NCBI RefSeq assembly: GCF_021869535.1
Contig: NW_026262734.1
Span: 100,626,001 to 100,690,000 of the forward strand
Reading direction: 5' to 3'
Source of the DNA: Mytilus californianus
Taxonomy: Eukaryota
DNA: 64,000 nucleotides
Made by a program: the position numbers and the translations under genes. Shown one piece after another: positions 1-10,964 of this stretch (position 1 is the first letter of the stretch; every line of letters begins with the position of its first letter). The notes beneath the pieces were generated by a model. It was not told the origin of the DNA. It worked only from the letters and a program-made list of their open reading frames with translations, and did no database searches.

Positions 1-402
1 CATCAATAATTCGGTTATGTCTTAATTTTAGTTGAACTGTCTAAATAATTGTTAATGTTAAAAACTACATTAGCAGATCTGGAATCATTCATCTACGATA
101 TCGAAAAATTGTAACTAATTATAGCTAAAACTATTAAAATATCAAAGCCTAGGACTGATCTTACTAAGAAGGAACAGCTAAAAAACAGTTAAAGAGTATC
201 ATAATGTTTAGAATGTGAAGTGAAGAATAGTATTGTAGGTTTTGTAAAGTTTGACTTTAGAGTCGAAGAAAAAGCATCTTATAAACTTAACATAACAATA
301 AGGATTACTGTTAGAATATAAGAAAATTACCAAAAACATAATTTAGTAATATATAGTCGGTTTATGGAATACCAAAGGACACTCAGAATCTATTTCAAAA
401 TA

Positions 403-666
403 TTGATTGATTGATGGTTGGTGTTTTAACGCCACTTTTAAGCGCCACATTTGGGTTATTTCGTGGCGGTCAGTTTTTATAGGTGGAGGAAGCCAGAGTG
501 CCTGGAGAAAACCACCGACCTTCGATAGGAAAACTGACAATCCTAGTCAATTAAGATTTGAGTCGAGTGCACCCGGACGAGCAGGGTTCGAACTCACAAC
601 CTCAGTGTTGACTGGCTAGTGATTACAGTAGTAGAACTACTTAGACCACTTGGCCACCGAGGCCCC
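403..666 (-). mobile_element. tRNA-derived SINE (Meta-domain-like bivalve SINE), full length, 12-bp TSD
   Basis: Minus strand starts GGGGCCTCGGTGGCCAAGTGGT (A box), has GGTTCGAACCC-type B box, core GGTCGGTGGTTTTCTCC...GGCTTCCTCCACC and an (AATC)n tail. Flanked by TATTTCAAAATA at 391-402 and 667-678. Family name is from recollection. Confidence 0.9.
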
Positions 667-1292
667 TATTTCAAAATAAATTCATTATCTATAGTTATTT
701 GTTTATAGAAATAGAAGCTATAATAATATAAACGGTACCAATTTCCCTGCACCAAATGTGCATTCCATATAACAAATACTAAACGACCAGGACGACGCAA
801 AAGGTGACAATTCCAGGATCTGTGATACCGGAAGGATTGAGGGACATAAGTAATACTTTATGACTCGGTCAACACGTAGATTGGCATCCATTGGAGCGAT
901 ATATATGACAATTTAAGAGAATATAATTGACAATAAGACAACTATCCACTATATTCCAAATTATGTGGATGTAAGCAACTATACTTAAGTCCACTGTACG
1001 CGATTGATACATTCGAAAGTCCTTTACCGTATAATCTGCCATAAAAGCTTCGACAACAATTAAAAAAAAGGTCTACAATTAAATACATATATTTGTCTAT
1101 TCATTATGATTGCAAAGTAAAATTTCAAGGCCACTGGACTGTAGACGTAATTATAATCTGAAGCATATTTCCCTATAGATGTCTTTTTGGTTTTGGTTTT
1201 ATTGTTCAATTGCTTAACCTTTGGTTTCTTAAACTTTTGATTTCTTTTTATTCAAATAAGCAGTAAAATTCATAATGCGACAATAATTTCAG

Positions 1293-1479
1293 TATGAATG
1301 TTAGTGAACATACAAGAGAAAGTGGTGTGGTTTTTCACACGTTTGGAATAGGAAGTCACAACGATGATTTATTTACTCCGAGGACAAACGAATATACCAT
1401 GTATACCAGAGAAGAACAAAAAAACACATGGAAGCTTAAAAAGTTGTCAACAATCCTTTCCCATCTAGGCCATCAAAAT
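1293..1479 (+). CDS. Internal exon of METTL24/FkbM-like (Methyltransf_22-type) methyltransferase
   Basis: aatttcag|T ATG AAT...CAT CAA AAT|gtaagc. Encodes (S)MNVSEHTRESGVVFHTFGIG...WKLKKLSTILSHLGHQN. Phase-0 end joins the exon at 3197 in frame. Confidence 0.8.
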
Positions 1480-1887
1480 GTAAGCATATTACTTTATTGT
1501 GATCAACTTTTAATAGATGAACTTAAAACCATTTACGAAATTAACCATATTCTTACAATATATTGTATTAATATTCTGCATATTACTTTAACTGTGAAAA
1601 AAGGGAGAGAAAGGACGAATAGACAGATTTTGTTCAATTAACCATTACATATAGAACCTTGGATGGAGCAATATAAAAAAAAAACGTTTTGGGAGGGTAG
1701 TTAATATTATACTCGCCGTTTTACTCATGTTAGAATATGTTAATGAGTCCTTAAGTTTACTGCGCATTATGCAATGGCGAATTTGGTACATGTTTCTGGT
1801 CTAACTCTTATACAATACCAAATTTATTTTTTTTTTACATTACAATAATTTAAAATCTGGTCCATGTTTTTGGACTTCGCTATTGGT

Positions 1888-2062
1888 AAAAAGTAAAATA
1901 ACAAAAATACCGAACTCCAAGGAAAATTGAAACGGAAAGTTCCTTATCATATGGCAAAATCAAAACTTAAGAGACATCAAACGAATGAAAAACAACTATT
2001 ATATTACTGACTTGGTACAGGCATTTCCTTACAAGAAATTTTCTATGTAGAAAACGGTGGCA
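1888..2062 (+). repeat. Abundant interspersed repeat module (AAAAGTAAAATAACAAAAATACCGAACTCC...)
   Basis: Recurs at about 11440-11570 (+), 11800-11900 (-), 14175-14255 (-) and 14930-15200 (+). Confidence 0.8.
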
Positions 2063-2829
2063 AGTAGGTCAAATTTTCTTTTTTCAAACATATAAATGGT
2101 TGTTGTTTATCATATATATTATAGTGAACAAGAGGCGTATAAGCTGTTTGTAACAATATATAATTCAATTGGAAAAATGCAAAGAGCGTGTTTTTGCCAT
2201 TCAAAACATTTCAGTATTTTACTATTAGAATAAGTAATATCTTCTGAAACTTTCAGGCTCTGCATTTTACTTAGCTACTACCTAGCTTTACAAGCAGATA
2301 TCTTCCCCTTTAGCATGTCTACTGCAGATATTAATTTTTGCTAAACGATTTGTTTTTAGCTTTCTATGAGCTATTGTCATCATAATAGATAGAGAAAACT
2401 TGCAAATCTTTATTGACACTTGCCAAAAAATGCTTAAATTTTTAATAACTACCTGTTGTTTATATAACTACAATTATCAGATATCCTTATATGAGTTATT
2501 GCCCTCAATTTGTATTTGACTTATAAGTTTGAATATTCCTTTGGTATCTTTCGCCTCTCTTTTAATCGTTTCCTTGTAAGCAGCATACCTCTATGAATGA
2601 AATCATGATATGAGAGACAAGCTCTGGAATATCGTATCATTGGTCTTTAATGTTGTAATGACTATTTAGTTGAAGGCCATTTTAGTAAATGACCAATATG
2701 ATAATATTCCAAGCATAATTGAGAAATATACTAAGAAATAAAAGATAGTGTACCAATATTACTCTTAATTCATTTGTCAAACATAAAACAGAACTGAAAA
2801 GATACTTCTTCTGACATGCTGGCGATTTT

Positions 2830-3190
2830 CATTCTTCTTTTTTATAATATCTTGTCGACTATCAATTTTTCTTCTTGTTATATGTTGCCAAGTCTCATTT
2901 CTTTTTTTTTTTTTTTACATTTGCTCATTCTAATTTTTCTTTTCTTTTAATACTAGCCAATTTTCATTTTTTTTTTTTCATTTATAACTCGTTGTTCCTC
3001 TTTTGTTTTTATTTTTTTCAACTTGCTGATTCTCGGTTGTTTCTTGTTTTACAACTCGTTGATTCTCAGTTTTTCTTTTTTTATTAATTCTTCCTGATTC
3101 TACTTTTTCCTTTCATTTTACATGTCGGTGATTCTCAATTTATATCTTTTTCAGTTTTCGTTTTGTATATTGATGATTCTCATTTTTTAC
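2830..3190 (+). repeat. Extended T-rich low-complexity tract with recurring GATTCTC, just upstream of the 3197 acceptor
   Basis: Direct reading. It explains the spurious Phe-rich ORF 2875-3087. Confidence 0.7.
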
Positions 3191-3196
3191 ATCCAG

Positions 3197-3478
3197 ATGA
3201 CTCTAGATATTCTTAAACTGGACATTGAAGGTTACGAGTGGGATGTATTAGAAAATATTATACAGGAAGATCTTCTTTCCAAGATAAAACAATTAGAGGT
3301 CGAATACCACATTTTCCCAGATTTTCCAAAGCGGGAAAAGTACGTAGATGTGCTTAAAACTTTCCAGTCTTTGTGGAAGCTTAATTTCAGACGATATTAC
3401 AAATTCGTTCATCATTTTACCCCGAATGAAAATATGGCACATTTGCAGGCAGATGTCGCATACGTGAATGGTTATTGA
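3197..3478 (+). CDS. Terminal exon of METTL24/FkbM-like methyltransferase
   Basis: ttttacatccag|ATG ACT CTA GAT. LDILKLDIEGYEW...IKQLEVEYH motif typical of FkbM/METTL24 proteins. Stop TGA 3476-3478. Upstream exons lie left of the window. Confidence 0.85.
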   Translation: MTLDILKLDIEGYEWDVLENIIQEDLLSKIKQLEVEYHIFPDFPKREKYVDVLKTFQSLWKLNFRRYYKFVHHFTPNENMAHLQADVAYVNGY

Positions 3479-3782
3479 TTCACCTTGTAATCGAGTGCAT
3501 TTAACAAATATTTAAGCCAAAATCTAAACTATTTCTGTTTCGAAATTTCTCCATTCAATACTTTAAACTGTTCATTTCAGAGATGTTCAAATTTCGCACT
3601 TTGTAGAGCCAACCCTAGTCGCGAGATTCATTTCTATTTTCCTTTTCCGCGATTCTGATCTTCTGACCCGGTCTCGCCTCTTGTGTAGTTCATACGATTC
3701 CATCAGTATTTCTTTTTTAGCTGGATTTGTCTTTATAATATATTTATTTACATAGATAATTTCACCGTAAACTTCCGTTGCC

Positions 3783-4055
3783 TTAATTACAAACCTTTCA
3801 AAATTTGTCCGTTTATAAATTTTGAAATTATAAAGAAACTACGGTTTTAACACCCTCAGGTAAAGTTGACCTTAGATGGATTTGGCTTTTTTATGTTTTT
3901 TTTTGTTATCATATAGCTCTATAAATGTTTCGGGTCTTACACATCATGTACATTCTCGGCTTTCAAATATTCGGCTTTGATCGTTCCTGATGAAGGTAAT
4001 CCAGAAAAGCGCTTCGGACGCATGAAATTATTTAACATGTTGTTTTCATTTTAAA
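3783..4055 (+). mobile_element. Non-autonomous hammerhead-bearing retroelement (retrozyme/PLE terminal-repeat-like), family 1
   Basis: Contains the hammerhead at 3982-4020. Related copies at about 4195-4445 (-), 13530-13850 (+), 15490-15660, 28030-28190 and 55340-55490. Boundaries approximate. Confidence 0.7.
3982..4020 (+). ncRNA. Minimal type I hammerhead ribozyme, family 1
   Basis: CGUUC-CUGAUGA-AGGUAAUCCA-GAAA-AGCGCU-UC-GGACG. Stem I CGUUC/GGACG, intact core, short stem II, palindromic stem III AAGCGCUU. Confidence 0.75.
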
Positions 4056-4194
4056 AATGACAATGTAAACAAGCGGCATTTTCGCCATTTAACCTTAATT
4101 CTGTAATTAGCAAATTTCCGTCTAAATCTAAATTCAAACACTAAAGGTTTCCATTTCAAAGTGTGTTCTTTTCAACTTACGAGCTTAGGAAAAT

Positions 4195-4445
4195 GAAAAT
4201 AACACATTATAATTTTTAAGAGTTATCGTCCGAGGCGCTTTTCTGGATTTACGTTGTACTTTATCTGGAACGCCCAAACCCAAAAATTGGAAAGCCAATG
4301 ATGAATAGATGTTTAATAATCGAGGAGCTCTATTAATTAGAGGACATACATAGAATACTAGTAACTAAATCACCGACGGACAACATTGCCTTAGGAAGTT
4401 GGAACCTAAGTTTCTTAATAATTTCTAAATTTATCAACGGGGAAT
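4195..4445 (-). mobile_element. Degenerate family-1 element, inverted relative to 3783-4055
   Basis: Reverse complement GGGCGTTCCAGATAAAG...AAATCCAGAAAAGCGCCTCGGACG. Catalytic core is damaged. Confidence 0.6.
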
Positions 4446-5374
4446 ACAAGAAAAGGAATGTTATATATATGTCAGTTCCGAAGCACTTACTAATGGGCTT
4501 ACAAGTGAAGACACATATTGTTACTCATTAGAAAAGAAAGAGTGAATATGTTTCTCTAATATGACAATGGACCTTTCCTGTGAAATATCTTTTAATCGGA
4601 AAGGACAAGAATGGCGCTGTTGCAAAACAAATATGCCGACGTCCTAATGAATCAGATACCTAAAAACAGCACCAAAAAAAAATTATGAGGATATGGATAG
4701 GGTTTACAAAAAAGAGAATATTGGATACCATAACATAAAGAATAGAGAAGAACGGTCAAAAAGAATAAAATAGAGAACAATAGGGTGCTGAAATATTGAT
4801 TAATTGGCAAAACAAATAGAAAAAAATGCATAACCAATTAAAAAATACAGAAATTCAGACCCCATCCAGACCTTTGTTTATTGACATAACAACTGGATTT
4901 CAGGCTCGGGACAAGCACATGTAAATGAGATTGACGAAGTTTATGAACGCTTAATTGTCCAATTGAAATAGTGATGAACCAGCACATTATTAGAACGAAA
5001 ATTTAAGATCAGTTCAAAAGGGATTGCCTCTTCAGATCAGTATTAAGCAATTAAATAGACAACTGGTAAGATTAGAATGAGATCTTTCACTCTGCTCCGT
5101 TTATTTCATTGTTCCAGCGATTCTGATTTCAAGATAATCCCCTAAGGGATCATGTTCAGTTGATCTCATATGCAAATTTTAACTCAACTTGTCAATTCAA
5201 CGGACTCACTGGCACTTTATTATTTAAAACTTCCCCGCAGTTATAGATTAACTCAATCAAAATTACACTATAATTTTGAAATGTTAAGCCAATTTACAAT
5301 TTATGATATGAAAAAAAATCAATTTAATAATTAACTTTTCAGTTTAGCAAATTTGGGAAAGGTTTACTAAATAC

Positions 5375-5850
5375 TAAATATTTTTTATCCCTGGCAGATA
5401 ACCTAGCCGTATTTGTCACAACTTTGCACTTTATCTTTAGGCCTGGCACCGTTGATAACTATTAGCTTGTCGTAATGTTCTATTGTATTGTTTATTTGTG
5501 TGTTTATCTGTCCTGTATGTTCTTCCTTTTATTTGTATTGTAGCCTTGTCATGTAATGTTGTCATTTTAGTGTTAAATTTAACATTGCCATTTAAGCGGG
5601 AGGTTTGGCTAGCCACAAAACCAGGTTCAACCCACCATTTTTTCTTAAAATGTACTGTACCAAGTCAGAAAAATGGCTGTTGTTATCTTATAGTTCGTTT
5701 CTGTGTGTGTTGCATTTTAGTGTTTCTGTTGTGCCTTTGTTCTCCTCTTTTATGTGATGTGTTTCCCTCAGTTTTAGTTTGTAACCCGGATTTGTTTTTT
5801 CTCAATCAATTTATGAATTTCGAACAGCGGTATACTACTGTTGCCTTTAT
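5375..5850 (+). mobile_element. Family-2 interspersed element (internally deleted copy)
   Basis: Clear similarity to 43610-44190 (+) and to the reverse complement of 6615-7262. Confidence 0.8.
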
Positions 5851-6102
5851 TTACAATCATGTTGGTGCATAGAATGGGAATAATGCCAGTAAATTTAAAG
5901 TTAAGAAACATCTGACCGGGAGACGGATTTATAAAAAAAATTCTAAACTTGTTTCCGAATCCCATATCTGAATTTTGTGTAAAATTGTACTACTTCATTG
6001 TTATAATTTTTCATTAATAAATACTGTATAAACTAAACATCTGACTTCTTCCGGAAAAAATTTCGAAATTCGCACAACAATTATTTTGAAAGTCCATAGT
6101 GA

Positions 6103-6395
6103 ACAAGAATGTGTCCATAGTAAACGGATGCCCCACTCGCACTATCATTTGATATGTTCACTTGACCGTGAAACTGGGATCAAAAGTCTTAGTTTGGCAT
6201 TAAAATTAGAAAGATCATTTCATAGGGAACATGAGTACTAAGTTTCAAGTTGATTAGACTTCAGCTTCATCAAAAATTACCTTGACCAAAAACTTAAGCG
6301 GGACAGACGAACGAACGGACGAACGGACAGACGAACGAACGGACACACAGACCGAAAAACATAATGCCCTCTACTATCGTAGGTGGGGCAAAAAC
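6103..6395 (+). mobile_element. Helentron-associated non-autonomous element (HINE/DINE-1-like)
   Basis: AACAAGAATGTGTCC start, internal (GACG/GAAC/GACA)n microsatellite, 3' hairpin GCCC...GGGGC followed by an A run. Confidence 0.7.
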
Positions 6396-6614
6396 ACAAC
6401 AGAAAGTTTTGCAGGGAAATATGTTATTGGATGTTAAAAAGTCATCTGAACATGTCTTTTTTGGGGTTCTACAAATCTTAAACGTCCCAACAAATTACTA
6501 TAACCGGCAGAGTAAAATATTAAAAACTGGATTGCACTTATAAATAAGCCATGATCTCCCAGACTTAAATATCAATCAGTGAACCTTATAAGGATTTTGT
6601 GTAAAGACCATATA

Positions 6615-7262
6615 AATAAAGGCAACAGTAGTATACCGCTGTTCGAAACTCATAAATCGATAGGGATAAAAACAAATCCGGGTTACAAACTAAAACTGAG
6701 GGAAACGCATCAAATATACATGATATAAGAGGAGAACAACGACACAACAAAAACACAACATTAAAATGTAACACACACAGAAACGAACTATAATATAACA
6801 ATGGCCATTTTCCTGACTTGGTACAGGACATTTTAAGAAAAAAATGGTCGGTTGAACCTGGTTTTGTGGCATGCCAAACCTCCCGCTTTTATGGCAACGT
6901 CAAACACAACACCAAAACGACAGCATCACATGACATGACCACAATACAAATAAATTGGAGAACATATAGGACAAAGAAAAACACGAATAATAGCTAACAA
7001 AAGGTACTAGGCTTAAAATTCAATACGCCAGACGTGCGTCTCGTCCACACAAGACCAGCCAGTGACGCTCGGATGAAAAAAGTTTGAAAGCCAAAATAAG
7101 TACAAAGCTGAAGAGCACCGAGGACCAAAACTTCCAAAAAGTTGCGCCTAACACGGCCAGGGTTTTCTGCCTGGGACAAGAACATCCTTATTATTTAAAA
7201 TAATTTATAATTTTGCAAACAGTAAATTTTATAAAATGACTATATAATAGATATACATGAAC
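6615..7262 (-). mobile_element. Family-2 element with degenerate hammerhead (7026-7067)
   Basis: Reverse complement CGTCA-CTGGCTG-GTCTTGTGTGGAC-GAGA-CGCACG-TC-TGGCG. Core is mutated. Confidence 0.8.
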
Positions 7263-7801
7263 GTTTGGGAAAATCATGACATTCTGCGATGACAACATAT
7301 CGACAGGATATTCAAAAGACCAATAAATTTATACAGATCATATCTTTATTAACGAGCTCTCTAAAATCAAGACAAAAATAACTAAGATCTTTCTATATCA
7401 AGAATATCTTTTGTATTGTTGCACATATGTTTAGTTTTAAAAATGATAGTCTAGCTACACTTATTCACTGTTGAAAGCATTTACTTTGGTATTCATTTCA
7501 CTTCTGATTTTGTACATTTTAGAAACCATTGTAAAATATGTAATTTTGGATTTCGTGAAATGTGAGAACGTTTATAATACAAATAGCATTTTATCAATAA
7601 TAAAAGTAACATAAAATTTTTTGAATGAAATTATCAAGCAAAAGCATATACAATTTTAAGAACCATTAAAATTAAACTTTTTCTAGCTGTACACATGTAT
7701 ATCCAACAGTATGGCTATACTAGTTATTAAAAGATCTATCGATTTTTTGCTGCTGTACTTTTTTTTCATTTCTCAAGAAAGAAGCAATAATTTCTAGAAT
7801 A

Positions 7802-9578
7802 TCATTGAACATATTTAGATATTTTCCTCATAAGCCGGACCAATATACAAGATTGCAGTGCTGCATTGATTCTTTCTGCTTTTTCCATGCATAATAATCC
7901 TAAATCCTTTAGCATATCAATTATGGTTGGCACTAAAATTGTTATAAACACATGAGCCAGCAATACTACGACACATTCATTGGTACATCCAATGAAGATA
8001 ATGCTTTTTATGAACTCTGCCATTCCGTAATTCTCACGATAAGCACAAAACGTTGATGCTAAAACTCGTTTCAGGATCTGTTGAAGTAAGGACTTTCCGG
8101 AAATTGTTCCTTTTCGCCAGAGATGAACATCTTGATATATTTCCCCGATTAGTAGACCCAATTCTAATACTACTTGGATGACATTTAAAGAAGAAATTAG
8201 TTTCTCCTGAAGAAGAATTTCTTTCGTCTGCTCAGCAAATATGTGCATGTTTTCAATAATTGATTCACAAATATCAAAAATCATTTCAAATCTGGTCGAA
8301 AAAATAATCTTGCATTTGAATGAAAGTCTTTAACATTTAATCAAAAATTGCCAATACTTTTCCTTGTACAGCAGGAGGAAGTTTGTCACGCATTGATTCA
8401 ATATACCTTTTTATGCAAGTGATTATATCCCATATCAATTGCCAGATGGGATAAAGAGATTGTCCAACAGATTTCACGCGTTTAATGATACTTATTTTCA
8501 AATCGCATACACAATCGAAAATATATACGACAAAACTATTGAAAATATAGCTACGTTTTTCAAGTTGTGTACTGTATGGTTTACCAGTCAATGCAAAGGT
8601 TACAAAATGTTCACAATTATTGATTGACAGTTGGTACCTGTGTTCACCAATTCTGATTATTGCCCTATCGATTGCTTGTCTTCTTTGTTCAGAAGTTTTT
8701 GGATAGTTATCATTTTCAATCAAATACAATCCTAAACTAAAGTCAAACAAATCGTTTTCGAATTCAAGATTTACGGACGTCCTATGAATACCAGTACGAG
8801 GTATTGACGAAATACAAGCGTTTTTACAATCTTTCCCATTTTGAATAATCTTTACTTTATTACCATTTACCTCTTCTACTAAAAAATGGTGATAATATAC
8901 TACTTCTAAACGTCTATGTCTTTTCACGGATAAGTGCACAGGAACAGACACATGACTGATTCTATCATATACATATGTTATGTCTTGTATTCTTGTAACA
9001 CAATCAACCTATAAAAAAAGAAAGACGAAAGATACCAGAGGAATATTCAAACTCATTGTCGAAGACAAACATAAACTGCCATGGCAAAAAAACCCGAAAA
9101 ATCGATCGAAAAACAAACAGTAAACAAAACAACATAAAAAACTAAAGACCTTGAAACACTAACCCCACCAATAACCGGTGGTGATGTCAGGTACTCACTT
9201 TTGTGCCATTTTCTTAAAAGTTTTGTTTAGTTATCTAACATGTTCGAGTTTTTCGAAAAACTATGGTTTTTCTGCCCCAGGCACACATTGCCTTAGTTGT
9301 GATTTGTATACTGTTGTTTGTATTTTGCTCTTGCCATGGCGTTGTCAGTTTATATTCGACTTGTATCTTTGTTATCGATGGCATATTTCACCTCTCTTGT
9401 TTTTGGCAAAACTTTTAGGAATTTTCGGTTTTTAATGATTTTCCACTTCATATATTATTTGGTCTTCCTACTGATTTGATTTGAGTGCCACTGATGATTC
9501 TGATGTAACTGATACGCGCATTTTGAGTACCAAATTATAAGCCTGGTATCTTTTAGGAGTTTATTTTATGCTTACCAT
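7802..9578 (-). pseudogene. LRAT/NlpC-P60 (HRASLS-like) domain gene with nonsense codon and frameshift
   Basis: ATG|gtaagc (9576-9578) splices in phase 0 to ttttttatag|GTT GAT (9008). Reads MVDCV...YYHHFLV...YQLSINNCEHFVTFALTG. TAA at 8337-8339, then a frameshift near an A6 run (about 8299-8304), and the reading continues as ORF 7802-8284. Confidence 0.7.
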
Positions 9579-10339
9579 ATTTTCTTTTTCTACATCGATA
9601 TACTAATGCTTTTTTTCAACTGAAATAAATTAAAAGAAAAGAATATACAAAGCACTTAAATGTTTGGTCAATGATATTAACTGGCAGTTGGAGGCATCAT
9701 GAAACAATCAAAACATGAAATTATGAAATACAGTTCTACATTCACTGAACATCAATATCATCAAATCAAGTTTGTGATATATTTGTTTATATGTATTTTC
9801 TTGATGATTCCATTCAAGATTGAAATGAAGACTGTACATGAGCATTTTGTGTGAAATAAATTTGGAAGAAATCAAGAAACTGATGGATGTGTATTGATTG
9901 ATAACATAATCGCGGAAAACATAATTTATTTATTATTATTGTAGTTTGCTTTGAACTTGATTTCAATAATTGCAAGTGCTCTGAAAAAGATAATTTGTGT
10001 CTTTAGTCTTTTTGTTGGCTGTTTGTGTGCTTCTGGTCTATCTTAAAAGTCCTTTCCAGCTGATTCTAATGATTATTCTTCAGTTGAGCTAGAATAGGGA
10101 AGGGTTAAGCGCTCACAAACCTGTTGAACCCGTCACATTCTACAACTCCTGTACCAAGTCAGTATATAGCCTGTAGTTCGGTAGTTGTCGTTTGTTGCAA
10201 TCGACACCAGTAAATGGGGTTAGTCTTAAACGGTCGTTTTGATCGAAACAATATCTGAAAAGTATGAACATACAAATATTAAACCTCAAAATATGATTTT
10301 CGTAGATAGCTGTGTATTTCCTAAATTGAATTGTATGTA

Positions 10340-10964
10340 TAACGTGACGGTACCCGAATTGCACCTATTTTGACAGGTTTTTTTCACCTTCGTTTATTTA
10401 TGATCCCAAAGAAAGTTTCCATTCTGTGTTTATTTTGTAGATGTATCATTATGTACTGTATAATTCTATCAATTTAATTTTGAATCATCCATATTGAATC
10501 ATAGAAAAATTCGTTTTGAACCGACCTTGAAACGACCCATAATTCTGTAATGAGGAGTACCCAAATTGCATCCATGCTTAAATTCACATCTGTAAAAATC
10601 GAATAAATATAATTTTGTTTTATTTTTCCAAATATTTAGAACAATTTGAGAATAGTATATGCTTACTTTTCATTTTTTTAAGATATGGATGCTTGTGACA
10701 TATTCTAATTGCTCATTTTAAAAAGTTGACTTTTTGTGGACGTCGCATGGCGACGTTTCCGTAGAGTTTATTTTTTCACTGATTATCTCATCTGTTGATA
10801 TATATTGTGACCGTTTTGTATATATTTAAATATATCTAACCTATGTTGAAAGACGTGCATAATGTCAAATCATTGAAATACAAATTGTTTAGTCTCTAAG
10901 AAAACTTGTAAAATGCCCGCTGCTTTTTATGCTAAATAGGTGCAATTTGGGTACTGTTACGTTA
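10340..10964. mobile_element. TA-flanked MITE with ~33-bp terminal inverted repeats
   Basis: TATAACGTGACGGTACCCGAATTGCACCTATTT (10338-) versus AAATAGGTGCAATTTGGGTACTGTTACGTTATA (-10966), 3 mismatches. Confidence 0.8.

Noticed and set aside
407-619. 70-aa ORF, its counterpart 16856-17083, and tRNA-like A/B boxes
   Set aside because: These are SINE antisense frames. The tRNA-like head is a SINE promoter, not a cloverleaf tRNA gene.
5483-5872. 129-aa hydrophobic ORF (also 6586-6831, 27734-28066 and similar)
   Set aside because: Lies wholly inside high-copy repeats, and the frame is not conserved between copies.
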